From Squalus acanthias (taxonomy: Eukaryota), in assembly GCA_030390025.1 (NCBI GenBank), contig CM059432.1:47184001-47248000 (forward strand): DNA of 64,000 nt. The letters are read 5' to 3'. The position numbers and the translations under genes were made by a program. The notes below the pieces were generated by a model, which made no database searches, had not been told where the DNA came from, and was given only the letters and a program-made list of their open reading frames with translations. This document shows, in pieces, positions 23,252 through 34,904 of the stretch (position 1 is the first letter of the stretch; every line of letters starts with the position of its first letter).

Positions 23252-25600
23252 GGGCTGGATTTTCCATCCGGAGGTGGGCTCGCGTCGGGTTAGGTGTTTG
23301 ACGGGTTCCGGAGCCACTGCCGGTACCTGCGCTTTCGATTTTAAGTAGATTGGGCTTATTAAGCCCGCTGTGCGCATTACCCGGCCCAATCAGTGGGTGC
23401 GGGTCTGCTGCCCGCCTGTGATGACTTATTTGAAGCAGTTGTATTTAAGGGGGCCCATGTCCCCTTTGGCTTTCATTTACATTTTGATGCTCCTGAGTGC
23501 TGGTGGTTGCCGAGATGACTGCACCTAGAACAAAGGCTGCTCCCCGCTTTGACGATGACTCCCTCCATGTTCTTGTGGAGGGAGTAAGAGGGCGCAAGGT
23601 GGTTCTGTTCCCTTCTGATGGAAGGAGGAAGCCTCCTCAGCACAGCAAGGCAGCCTGGCTGCAAATAACTGAGGAGGTGAGTGCGAGGTCTATCTGTACA
23701 CGCACCTGGGTCCAGTGTAGAAAGAGGTTCAATGATCTCCTGCGTTCAGCAAAAGTGAGTATAACAGCACACTTACCTTCATTCTGCTGTGCCTGTCTTC
23801 ACATCCCCATCACTCTGCATTGCCAACTCTACTCCTGCACATCCTAACTCACCCCAACATCCCTTGCACCGTCACCCATCCCTCTCTCCCTATGTACAGA
23901 ATCACATCCCCATCTTACTATGCACCCCTCACACTCACTCTCAATGCTATGCCATGACAACTAACAAATCACAAGGAGGGAAATTGGTATTGGCACCTCA
24001 CTCCATCATAGTGTCCCTCTAAACATCTATCCTATCCATTCTTTACACTCATTCCATCACTCTCACTGAAACTGCACTTCTGTCCCTCATTGCAGGAAAA
24101 GAGATCCCACAATAAGAGGGAGAGGGAGAGAACAGGAGGAGGACCACCATCCGTGGCACAGCTCACCCACGCTGAGGACTCAGCTCTGGACATTGTTGGA
24201 GGTGCTGAGGAGCTTGAAGTGGGGGACGGAGAGATGGGCTCAGTCGAACAACCTGATGACAGAATTATTCTCCAAACAACTTATTTGGCATTCAGGAGTG
24301 ACTGATATGGGATCTGATGTTCCTAGAAATTGAACGCTCATCATGGGATATCACATGTCTAATTCATGTCTTTACTCTCCCACAGGACCATGAAGAGCCC
24401 CCCTCCCTACTGTCCAGGAGGAAGAGCAGGAGGACTCCTCAGAGGAACCTCCAGCCTCTGAGGGAGCAGCGTCAGCAGAAATGAGCGCACCCAGCACCAG
24501 CGCAGAGACGCACACCTCGGTGGGTCCAAAGCGAGATAGAGTAGTGTTGTCACCTGGTGTCTCACAACTCACAAGTGAGCAAGAGCAGATGGTGGAGACA
24601 GGGAAAGCAGTGGAGAGTCCTCGTCAGAGGCCGCAGGGCGCTCCTAGCTCTGCTCTGCTGCATGTGGACACTGTGCCTCTGGGGCCATCCAGAAAGAGAG
24701 CGGTGCTGGAGCTTCAGGAACAAGTGCAGGAGGCTCTGACTGGGTTTGCAACCACGGTGACTGCGAGTATGCAGAGAATGGAGGAGTCCATCTCAAATAT
24801 GAGCAGCGCCGTGGTGCAGGCACTGGCAAATGTAGGTCCCGCCATGGAAAGGATGGCAACCTCCATGGAGGACATAAATCGCCAGACACAGGAGAATATG
24901 GTAACACTTCTAAATAGATGGTCTGCTATGGAGGATACATGGGCATCTATCGAGGAGAGAAACCAGAGGTTCATGGACGTCCTTGTTATGAGGAATGTCA
25001 ACACAGACATGGGTCCTCATGGCCCCACTGACATGCAGCAAGGTGCTCTCCAGCTTGCTCCAACTTACTGGCAGAGAAGTGCGGGTGACCCATGAGAGGG
25101 ATGGTGGTGGAAGGGGAAATGGAAGTGGGGGCTCCTCTCCAAGTGCTCACATTGCCATCCCATTGACAACCCCTCGGTCAGAGCCCCAGATGCCTCCCCG
25201 AACAGTGATGACCGAGTCTGCCCCTGCACAGCCACAGGAAGAGCAGACTTTGGCGGGGCCCTCACAGGCTCCAAGACCCAGAGGATGACCGCCAAAAGCG
25301 TCTAAGCAGGCGCAGCAGGGAAGTGAGCAGGCTGCCTCTACATCTGCTGATGCCACAGGGGAAGAACCATGCAGAAGCACTCATAAGAGAAAGCTAACAC
25401 ACAAATAGTTACAAGGGTAGTCACTTGGGTGCTTTCAGATAAATCAGTGTAAAGTTTGTGTTCTTTTATTTGTGGTGGCACAGCGAGGGGTGAGGGCACC
25501 TTTCATCTGAAGCAATAGTGGTGAAAGAACTAGGAATACACAGTTCATTGTAGGGCTGCTCTATGGTGTGGAAGTGGGGTCATGCGAACCTTCATGTGCT
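23252..25600 (+). mobile_element. PIF/Harbinger-type element H1 carrying a Myb/SANT gene; right end unresolved
   Basis: Starts with TIR-like GGGCTGGATTTT and a GC-rich subterminal region, followed by a spliced Myb/SANT gene. Confidence 0.7.
23515..25408 (+). pseudogene. Harbinger Myb/SANT-like DNA-binding protein gene with three exons (23515-23754, 24096-24255, 24386-25408), decayed
   Basis: APRF..L..LVEGV..LF..W..I...V...RTWVQCRKRFNDL|gtgagt; ttgcag|EKRSHNKRERERTGGGPP. The exon 2 donor reads AT. In-frame TGA at 24391 and 25286. Frameshift near 25000. Basic C-terminus (HKRK). Confidence 0.8.
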
Positions 25601-27736
25601 GGTGGTGGCGGGTCCCGCAGCGGCCGCCATTTTCCTCACTCGCTTTGCGCTGCCGGTAACTGGCAGCGCCCTGGCAAAAAACTGGTGGCGTTGATGTCAA
25701 TCGGCGTGCAACGCCGACTTAATGTCACCACTCTGAACTTCGACCCAAGCACTGAATGCAGCACTGGGTCCTAAGCACACCAGGTAAACCTGCTGTGCAA
25801 GCAGGCTGACAGTGGCGATGTCAGCACCTCTTAAAGGGACACGTACATCATTCAGCTAAGTTTGGATTTAAGCTTTTGGACTGGGTTTTTTTTTAATTTT
25901 ATTGAGGTAGTGGCTTGCTACAATAGATGTTAAAAGTTTTTTAAGTGTGTAGGGAGTGCTGCTGGATGCTTGCAAGGCGTCAGATGGTAAAGGGAGACCT
26001 CTGAGAAGACAGAAAATGCAACAAATACTCAGCAGGTCAGGCAACATCCGTGGAGAGAGAAACAGAGTTCATGTCTCAGGTCGAGATGCTCGATGACCAG
26101 CTGAGTATTTCCAACATTTTATGCTGTCACTTCAGATTTACAGCATCCGCTCACAGAGGGAAGAGAAAGACACAGAAGAGGAAGACGCCGAAGAGGAGGA
26201 AGCAGAAGGAAGGATACAACCCATAACAGCCCCTTTCTGACCGGGATATCCAGGATGGAATCATCTGCCAGCGGTCCCAGTGACCACAACCCCAATTCCC
26301 CTTTCAACATTAGCCCCACATCTTACCTTCCCTCTGTTACTGACCATCGCAGCGTCCTCTTGGCCACAATGCTGAAATAAAAACCACCACAAAGCAAACC
26401 TTCCAAACAACTTTATACATCTATCCATCCAATATGACATCAAGAAATCAACTCATCACCCTTGTGCATTCTCTCAGTGACTGTCTTGTGTGTGCCTTTG
26501 CCTATCCTACTGATGTCACGCAGTGCTACCCCAGTGGCTGTAGCATGGCTGGTGGAAGGCTGCTGACTTTCAGTGGAGGACACTGCAAATGGCCTTGCTG
26601 GTCGACCTTGAGGAGCTGGTGGCTGGGAGTGTGAAATCAAGTGTATCTTCTTCTTCTTCACTCTCCTCTCCCCCTTCTTGGTCAACCACTGGCTGGGCAG
26701 GCTGCATTTCTTGGGTATGTGAAATGAGGAAGGCACAAGGGTGGAGTTGTGGTGATGAGAGGGCGGGAAAACAAAAGTTTCACGCCAGAAGGAGGATAAC
26801 GCATGAGGATACCAGCATCTTGTATCCTTTCAGACCTGCGCTGGCCAAGGGCTTAGCCATGCCCCTGCCAAGAATGGCCTGAACTGTTTCCTCCAAGCGG
26901 GTGAGGTGAGGCTAGGAGTGGGAGTTGTGCCTCGTGATTGGTGCAGATTGTTGGTAGGTGAATGATTGGGGTGGGGGTCGTGCATTGAGCAGTGTGTGAG
27001 GCTGGTGGTGCAGTTGGTAGGGGACGGCTTTTGATGTTGCATTCAGTGATCTGAGGTTATGAAGCCTCTTTGGGCACTGGAGCCAGGTGGTGGGGGCGAA
27101 ACTGCTGGCAGTGACGGCCTCGGTGATCTTATCCCACATCGTTCTTTCTGGAGGGCCTCCTGGCCCCTGTGGGTAGAGGACCTCTCTTGCAGTGTTGACC
27201 CCCTGCACAAAGCTGGAGTGCTGCGTGTGAGACCCTGGGTGCCCCTTCCCTGGCTTGCTGAGCCATTTGTGTTACTGCTGAAGCAGCTTTCCCATTTTTT
27301 GAGGTTCTGAAGGGAATTCAGCTTTAAGAGCTGAATAGTCATATTTGGGACTTCTTTTTAATGTTACATTTTTTTTTCCGAAAGGCAGTAAGGGCTAAAA
27401 GCTACATTTTTCACTGCATTTTCAATTTTATTAGTTCTGAGTGCATTGCCCCTTTAATTCATAGCCATTTTAATTGCCCACAATTCCTTGCGAGCTCCAC
27501 AGCCTCGGTCCCAGAGGCTGTGTGAAGCTCGAACGCCACTTCAGGACGGGAACTTCGCCTCGGAGGTCTCCGCTAACGCCAACAGAAGGGCATTGCACGG
27601 AAGGTTAGCGCTGCACCACCAATCTCCAGCCCCCAGACAAATTTATTCTTCTTAGCGTTGCAGCCATTTTCAGAGGCCGTTAACTCCAGTTGCTGATGAC
27701 ACCGGCAACTTTCGTGGCGAACAAGAATTTCTAGGC
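25600..27736. mobile_element. Internally deleted Harbinger-type element H2 with convergent transposase-tail and Myb remnants and a PLE-derived cargo
   Basis: 25620-26112 matches 63450-63890. Right TIR GAATTTCTAGGC matches the left TIR GGACTAGAAATTC at 63350. Plus-strand acidic tract then RDIQDGII.QRSQ* ending at 26283. Myb remnant on the minus strand. Confidence 0.72.
27045..27267 (-). pseudogene. Second Myb/SANT exon-1 remnant, frameshifted
   Basis: MAQQAREGAPRVSHAALQL / VQGVNTAREVLYP..WDKITEAV...TWLQCPKRLHNL. Confidence 0.7.
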
Positions 27737-27794
27737 ATTTATATTTCCTCTACTGTCAAGTCAGAGATAAACTAACACGGGATATGACCTGAAC

Positions 27795-28384
27795 AGTTGT
27801 ACAGCGCCTTGGTGAGACCACACCTGGAGTACTGTGTGCAGTTTTGGTCTCCTTACCTAAGAAAGAATATACTTGCCATAGAGGGAGTGCAGCAAAGGTT
27901 CACCAGACTGATTCCTGGGATGGCAGGACTGTCGTATGAGGAGAGATTGGGTCGACTAGGCCTGTATTCACTAGAGTTTAGAAGAATGAGCGGAGATCTC
28001 ACTGAAACGTATAAAATTCTGACAGGGCCAGACAGACTGGATGCAGGGAGGATGTTTCCCCTGGCTGGAGGGTTGAGAACGCGGGGTCACAGTCTCAGGA
28101 TACGGGGTAGGACATTTAAGACTGGGATGAGGAGAAATTTCTTCACTCAGAGGGTGGTGAACCTGTGGAATTCTCTACCACAGAAGGCCGTGGAGGCCAA
28201 GTCACTGAATATATTTAAGAAGGAGATAGATAGATTTCTAGACACAAAAGGTATCAAGGGGTATGGGGAGAGAGCGGGAATATGGTATTGAGATAGAGGA
28301 TCAACCATGATCATATTGAATGGCGGAGCAGGCTCAATGGGCCGAATGGCCTACTCCTGCTCCTATTTTTCTATGTTTCTATGA
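27795..28384 (+). mobile_element. CR1 3' fragment (family D)
   Basis: ORF 27797-28291 (LVRPHLEYCVQFWSP..FFTQRVVNLWN), then the 3' stem-loop and tail. Confidence 0.92.
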
Positions 28385-28809
28385 ACCAGGCCCTAAACCC
28401 CAGCATTACTGGCACCCACCGGAGTGAGTGGGTGTAAAGAGGAAGCTTTCCTTTGGTGACTCTATTATTACTGCTGGATATTTATTATTCTCTGGCTGCT
28501 GCTCCTTACCAAATTAATTGGGGAAATGTGCTATCTTTTTGATGCTGCTGGTGATAACCTCAATGTACTCCCTGTTGGCCCTATCCTGGTGTATCTCTCT
28601 CTGCACTGGATTGCCCTGCCCCGCCATGTCTGAAGCACAATGACGTCCCCCGACCCGACCCTAGCTGTAATCGCTACGCTGATTGGCTTCGCATTGCTCA
28701 TCCAAAACGCCGAATAAACCAAACAACCAGATTGGCCACATCTAACCCAGAAGTGCGAGTTAGGCAAAGATTATTGGTCAGGCGGGCGGCAGATTGAGAT
28801 GATGGATGA

Positions 28810-31080
28810 AACATAGAAACATAGAAACATAGAAGATAGGAGCAGGAGTAGGCCATTCGGCCCCTCGAGCCTGTTCTGCCATTTAATGAGATCATGGCTG
28901 ATCATCCAAATTCAGTACCCTGTCCCTGCTTTCTCCCCATATCCCTTGATCCCTTTAGCCTTAAGAAATATATCTAACTCCTTCTTGAATATATTTAATG
29001 AATTGGCCTCAACTGCCTTCTGTGGTAGAGAATTCCACAGGTTCACCACGCTCTGGGTGAAGAAATTCCTCATCATCTCAGTCCTAAATGGCTTACCCCT
29101 TATCCTTAGACTGTGACCTCTGGTTCTGGATGCCCCCACCATCGAGAACATCCTTCCTGCATCTAGTCTGTCTAGTCCTATTAGAATTTTATAAGTTTCA
29201 ATGAGATCCCCTCTCATTCTTCTAAACTCTAGCGAATATAAGCCTAATCGACCCAATCTCTCTTCATACGTCATTCCTGCCATCCCAGGTATCAGTCTGG
29301 CGAATCTTCGCTGCACTCCTTCCATGGCACGAACATCCTTCCTCCGATAAGGCGACCAAAACTGCACACAATACTCAAGGTGTGGTCTCACCAAGGCCCT
29401 GTACAACTGCAGCAAGACATCCTTGCTCCTGTACTCGAATCCTCTCGCTATGAAGGCCAACATATCATTTGCCTTCTTAACCGCTTGCTGCACCTGCATG
29501 CTTACCTTCAGTGACTGGTGCACAAGGACACCCAGGTCTCGTTGCACTTCCCCTTTCGCCAATCTATTGCCGTTCCGATAATAATCTGCCTTCCTGTTTT
29601 TGCCACCAAAGTGGATAACCTCGCATTTATCCACATTATACTGCATCTGCCCAATCACCCAACCTGTCCAAATCATACTGGAGTTTCTCTGCATCCTCCT
29701 CACAGCACACACGCCCACCCAGCTTTGTGTCGTCTGCAAACTTGGAGATATTACATCTAGTTCCCTCGTCTAGATCATTAATATATATTGTGAATAGCTG
29801 GGGTCCTAGCACCGATCCCTGCGGTACACCACTAGTCACTGCCTGCCACTCGGAAAAAGACCCATTTATTCCAACTCTTTGCTTCCTGTCTGCCAACCAG
29901 TTCTCTATCCAAGTCAGTACCTTACCCCCAATCCCATGTGCTTTAACTTTGCATGCTAATCTCTTATGCGGGACCTTATCAAAAGCCTTCTGAAAGTCCA
30001 AATACACCACATTCACTGGTTTTCCCTTATCTATTCTACCAGTTACAGCCTCAAAAAATTCCAGTAGATTAATCAAGCACCTTTTGTAAATCCATGTTGA
30101 CTTTGTCCGATCCTGTCACTGTTTTCCAAGTGCTCTGCTATTACATATTTTATAATGGACTCTAGCATTTTCCCCACTACCGATGTCAGGCTTACCGGTC
30201 TATAATTCCCTGTTTTCTCTCTACCACCTTTTTTAAATAGTGGGGTAACATTAGCTACCCTCCAATCCATGGGAACTGTTCCAGAGTCTATAGAATTTTG
30301 AAAGATGGCCAGCAATGCATCTACTATTTCTAGGGCCACTTCCTTAAGTACCCTAGGATGTAGATTATCAGGCCCTGGGGATTTATCGGCCATCAATCCT
30401 GTCAATTTCCCTAACACCATTTCCCTACAAATACTGATTTCATTCTATTCCTCCCTCTCATTAGACCCTATGTTCCCCGACATCTCTGGGAGGTTATTTG
30501 TGTCCTCCTTTGTGACGACAGAACCAAAGTATGTATTTAATTGATCTGCCATTTCTTTGTTCCCCATTATAAATTCCCCTGATTCTGACTGCAAGGGACC
30601 TACGCTTGACTTCACCAATTTTTTTCTCTTCACATATCTATAGAAGATTTTACAGTCAGTTTTTATGTTCCCTGAAAGCTTACACTCATATTCTATTTTC
30701 CCCCTCTTAATTAATCCCTTTGTCCTCCTTTGCTGAATCCTAAACTGCTCCCAATCCTCAGGTTTGCTGCTTTTTCTGGCCAATTTATATGTCCTCTCCT
30801 TGGATCTTATGCTATCCCTAATTTCCCTTGTTAGCCACGGTTGAGTCACCTTTTTTGTTTTATTTTTATGCCAAACAGGGATGAACAAATTCTATACTTC
30901 ATCCATGCGATCTTTAAATGTTTGCCATTGCCTATCCACCATCAACCCTTTAAGTAACGCTCCCCAATCCATCCTAGCCAACTCGCGCCTCATACCATCG
31001 TAGTTTCCTTTATTTAAATTCAGGACCCAAGTCTCTGAGTCAACTACTTCACTCTCCATCTTAATGAAGAATTCTATCAT
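28810..31080 (-). mobile_element. CR1 LINE (family B), 5'-truncated
   Basis: ORF2 pieces between 28912 and 31080, very similar to 17415-19680. TSD ATGAAACA at 28806-28813 and 31079-31086. Confidence 0.92.
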
Positions 31081-31289
31081 GAAACAAGAGTTTCTATTGG
31101 TTAAGCATGAAGGCGGGCTCAGAAGAAGAGTCTGATTGGTTCATTGATTGACAAGAGGTTACATCTGGATTTCGTTTGATTTCATTAAAGAACCAACGAG
31201 GAATATGATTGGTTTAACTTGGGTTAGCGCTATTTTGGCGAACCCTTGAAACCGTCTCATGGACTCCTGGGCCCTGGTTGAGAATCCTG

Positions 31290-31640
31290 ATCTACAGGAT
31301 GCACTGAATTCACCAAGGTTACTTCAACAACCAATCCTTACCCTGTGAACCCTACCACCAGGAAGGTCAAAACGATCATCTCCAAATCACACACTATCCT
31401 GACTTAGACATATGTCATCCTTCCTTATCATTGTTGGGTTATTGTCCTGAAATTCAGTACCTAATATGGCCCATTGTGTAATTAAGTGAGCAAAGAAGAA
31501 AAAAATTCATTGTGCGAGCACCATCATCACAAGGACTGCAGTGGTTCAAGGAGAAAACCCACCATTACCTTGTAAGGGTGTATGAGGGCTGGGCAGTAAA
31601 TTCAGCCTTGCCAACATCATTCATTCCGAGAATAACAAAA
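31290..31640 (+). mobile_element. Old family-C LINE 3' remnant
   Basis: Degenerate match to 32182-32537 (ctaca.gatgcactg, ggactgcag.ggttcaag). Confidence 0.6.
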
Positions 31641-31663
31641 AATGAATTTTACAATTATATTAA

Positions 31664-32122
31664 CATGGCTCAGTTGGTAGCACACTCGTCTCCGAGTCAG
31701 AAGGTTGTTGGTTCCACTCCAGGGACTTGAGCACATAAAGCTAGGCTGACACTCCAGGGCAGTGCTGAGGGAGTGCTGCACTGTCAGAGGTGCCATCTTT
31801 TGGATGAAACATTAAACCGAGGCCCTGTCTGCTCTCTCAGGTGGACATAAAAGATCCCATGGCGCTATTTCAAAGAAGAGCAGGGGAGTTTTCCCCCGGT
31901 GTCCTGGCCAATATTTATCCCTCAACCAACATGACAATAAACAGATTATCTGGACATTATCACATTGCTGTTTGTGGAACCTTGCTGTGCGCAAATTGGC
32001 TGCCGTGTTTTCCGCATTACAACAGTGACTCCACTTCAAAAGTACGTCATTGACTGTAAAGTGCTTTGAGACGTTCGGTGGTCGTGAAAGGCGCTATATG
32101 AATGTAAGTCTTTCTTTCTTTC
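31664..32122 (+). mobile_element. Full-length tRNA-headed Deu-domain SINE (SacSINE1-like)
   Basis: A box TGGCTCAGTTGG and B-box-like GGTTCCACTCC. Deu core ..ttaaaccgaggccctgtctg..caggtggac.taaaagatcccatgg.. L2-like 3' end (ggcgctatat.aatg.aagt) and (TTTC)n. Confidence 0.88.
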
Positions 32123-32181
32123 ATTCTAATTCACTGCTGACCATTAATTTAATATTTAAATTAGCTATGTCATGCAAATTA

Positions 32182-32537
32182 CATCTACAAGATGCACTGC
32201 AGCAACTCATCAAGGTTTCTTCGACAGCACCTCCAAAACCCGCAATCTCTACCGCCTAGAAGAACAAGGGCAGCAGGCGCATGGGAACACCATTACCTCC
32301 AAGTTACCCTCCAAGTCACACACCATCTTGACTTGGAAATATATCGCCGTTCCTTCATCGTCGCTGGGTCAAAATCTTGGAACTCCCTCCCTAACAGCAC
32401 TATGGGAGTATCTTCACCACACGGACTGCAGCGGTTCAAGAAGGCGGCTCACCACCACCTTCTCAAGGGCAATTAGGGATGGGCAATAAATGCTGGCCTT
32501 GCCAGCGACGCCCACATCCCAGAACGAATAAAAAAAA
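32182..32537 (+). mobile_element. Family-C LINE 3' fragment
   Basis: MHCSN..SWNSLP..FKKAAHHHLLKGN*, AATAAA and poly(A). Confidence 0.9.
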
Positions 32538-32847
32538 TTAGTTTGACTGATTTATCTACACATGTTTCAATATGCTAACCGTATACATAGAAATTAATTC
32601 CTATGAACATACAAGGTTCTACCTACAGGAACACATTTCTTTAATTTTTCTTCATGAGCAATGCCACAGTAGATGAACTAGTGTTTATTTAGCTTAAAAT
32701 CTGTTTCTGTGAGGTAACCAATTTTAAACAGGATCTATTCAGACTCACAAAACACTGTATATGTATACTTAAGAATTGCAAAAAAAATTCCAAGCTAATT
32801 TTAAGTGCTATTTTAGTAACATTTACATAATTAAAAGTTTACAGTAC

Positions 32848-32914
32848 CTTGTAAAGGAGTTCATCTCGATTTTCTAGTGGAAGGAAATTAATTCTGTATA
32901 ATTTGACCCAGGTA
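32848..32914 (-). other. Candidate coding exon of an unidentified host gene (xTWVKLYRINFLPLENRDELLYK)
   Basis: ttattttggtacag| 67 nt with an open frame |gtactg, in unique AT-rich DNA. No homologue recognised. Confidence 0.35.
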
Positions 32915-33808
32915 CTGTACCAAAATAAATAATGGCAAGTTATTAACAGTTGCTATAGTTTACTGAACATGAACTGATGTAGTGCATTGATTGTATGCAG
33001 TCTCTGTTTTTGACTAAACCTTGAAAAGATAGATGACTGTCTCAGAGTCCACTGATGACACTGCCAGTCCACTTTCCATCACTTTCTGTTTTATTGTCAG
33101 TTACAGAGACCAACTAGTGATTCTCTATAAATATGGGCACCACACTGAAAGATTGTATTGATTTGATGTCAAAAAATACTTTCTTTTCCTGGAGCAGCTG
33201 AATCATCATTCGTTTATTTCTCTCATCCAAAATGTCACTCAATTTGTCTTAAAGCTGCATGATGAGATAATTTTCTTCATTTACTTCTAAACTACTTCCC
33301 GAAATAATCTTAACGTGAAAATCAACCTTCAATTGCAACTGAATACTGAGATGCACTAACTTGTCTTTGTTTAACTTTGGAGGTGTCACTCACTCATGTG
33401 AGTGTGATTATAAGCTGACAAGCTGTCATATAAGCTTATTATCTAGATCATGATGTATGACTGACATCTAGTAAAGTTAAGCAAAATGCAAAAATCGAAA
33501 CGTTGCTTTGCCATATTTCAGCAACTGAAGAGAATCGGAGATTGCTTTTTCTTAAGCTTGTGTTATTTAGGAAATAATCTCAAAACTAAAGGAAATGGGA
33601 GGGTCAGCTTTAATCAAACCATTGTTCAACTATTGCTTTTGTGCCACTAGCATAAAATGCCACGGGTAGATCAATAATTAGCCTGGAACTTCTTTTCGGT
33701 AATGGTATCGGAATTGTGCAAACAGGAGTAGAAAATTGGAAACTTACTCCCTCTCCTGCAAAAATATTTATATTAGGCCTTAAATCTATTTGATTTCCAG
33801 CTCTTCCC

Positions 33809-33945
33809 ATTCTGAGAAAGTTCATCGTCCTGAAAACTCAACTCTCTTACTCTCTCCACGGAATGCTGGCCCGACCTGCTGAGTTTTCCCAGCGTTTTTC
33901 TGTTTTATTTTCGGATTTCCAGCATCTGCAGTATTTTGCTATCGT
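33809..33945 (+). mobile_element. PLE P1 terminal remnant
   Basis: Matches the P1 3' terminus (..gatttccagcatctgcagtattttgc). Hammerhead core is eroded. Confidence 0.75.
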
Positions 33946-34119
33946 ATTTATATTGAGGTTCCTGTGAGTCTTGAAGCCTTTAGAAACAGCAGCACTGCAT
34001 TATTTCATTTACAGTACTGTTGTCAAAGTTGAGGTAACTGCCAGCAGCAAACCTATGTTAAATGCAGCATTAGTCTCATGCTGTAATTTAAATTGCAATG
34101 TAAACTGCCACAGATTACA

Positions 34120-34280
34120 TTAGCAAAATATTGCGGATGCTGGAAATCCGAAATAACAACAGAAAACGCTGGAAAAACTCAGCAGGCCAGGCAGCATCCG
34201 TGGAGAGAGAAACAGAGTTAACGTTTCAGGTCGAAGATGCTGCCTGGCCTGCTGAGTTTTTCCAGCGTTTTCTGTTGTTA
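34120..34280 (-). mobile_element. Fold-back PLE mini-element
   Basis: Perfect 45-bp inverted arms at 34154-34198 and 34236-34280. Perfect 14-bp TSD TGCCACAGATTACA at 34106-34119 and 34281-34294. Confidence 0.88.
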
Positions 34281-34731
34281 TGCCACAGATTACAATTGGT
34301 TTCTATCCTTATTTATTTTATGCTAATCAAAAACCATTTTGAATAAAATTGGCGAGCTGCCTTCCTCAAACGGCATCCTGATGGAAAGTTGCGGATTGGC
34401 GGGGTGGGGTTATGGGCAGCAGAAGCTCAGATTATTTTTGTTGGGGCAAGAGAAACATTCTTGCTCCACTGTGCCGAACAAAAATAATTTAAAACTTACC
34501 TTTGTGGGGCCTCTTCTGCTGTACAGCCAGTAAAACTGGTCGCAGTGGCATAGTGCACACTCCGCCCATTTGCCTCCCAAAGCGGCATTAGGGGATCCAA
34601 TAAACATTGATTTGCATATTAAAAGGGCCTACCACCTGAAACAGGAGGCCGCTTCGGCCTCACAGCAGTAGGCACCTATTAAAATGGCAGCACCTGAATC
34701 ATCGACATTAGTAAGACAGTTCGTCTACCGA

Positions 34732-34904
34732 AATAAAAACAGAAAATGGTGGAAATACTCAGCAGGTCAGGCAGAACGGTCATTGGCATGAAACGTTAAC
34801 TCTGTTTCTCTCTCCACAGATGCTGCCTGACCTGCTGAGTATTTCCAGCATTTTCTGTTTTTATTTCAGATTTCCAGCATCCGCAGTATTTTGCTTTTGA
34901 GTAA
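34732..34904 (+). mobile_element. Fold-back PLE mini-element in the opposite orientation
   Basis: Inverted arms of about 45 bp. TSD GTCTACCGA at 34723-34731 and 34905-34913. Confidence 0.85.

Noticed and set aside
23515..25408. Domesticated NAIF1/MSANTD host gene
   Set aside because: It has a mutated splice donor, two stops and a frameshift, and it lies directly inside a TIR-bounded element.
31664..31730. tRNA gene
   Set aside because: The A and B boxes belong to the SINE head. There is no full cloverleaf, and it runs into the Deu core.
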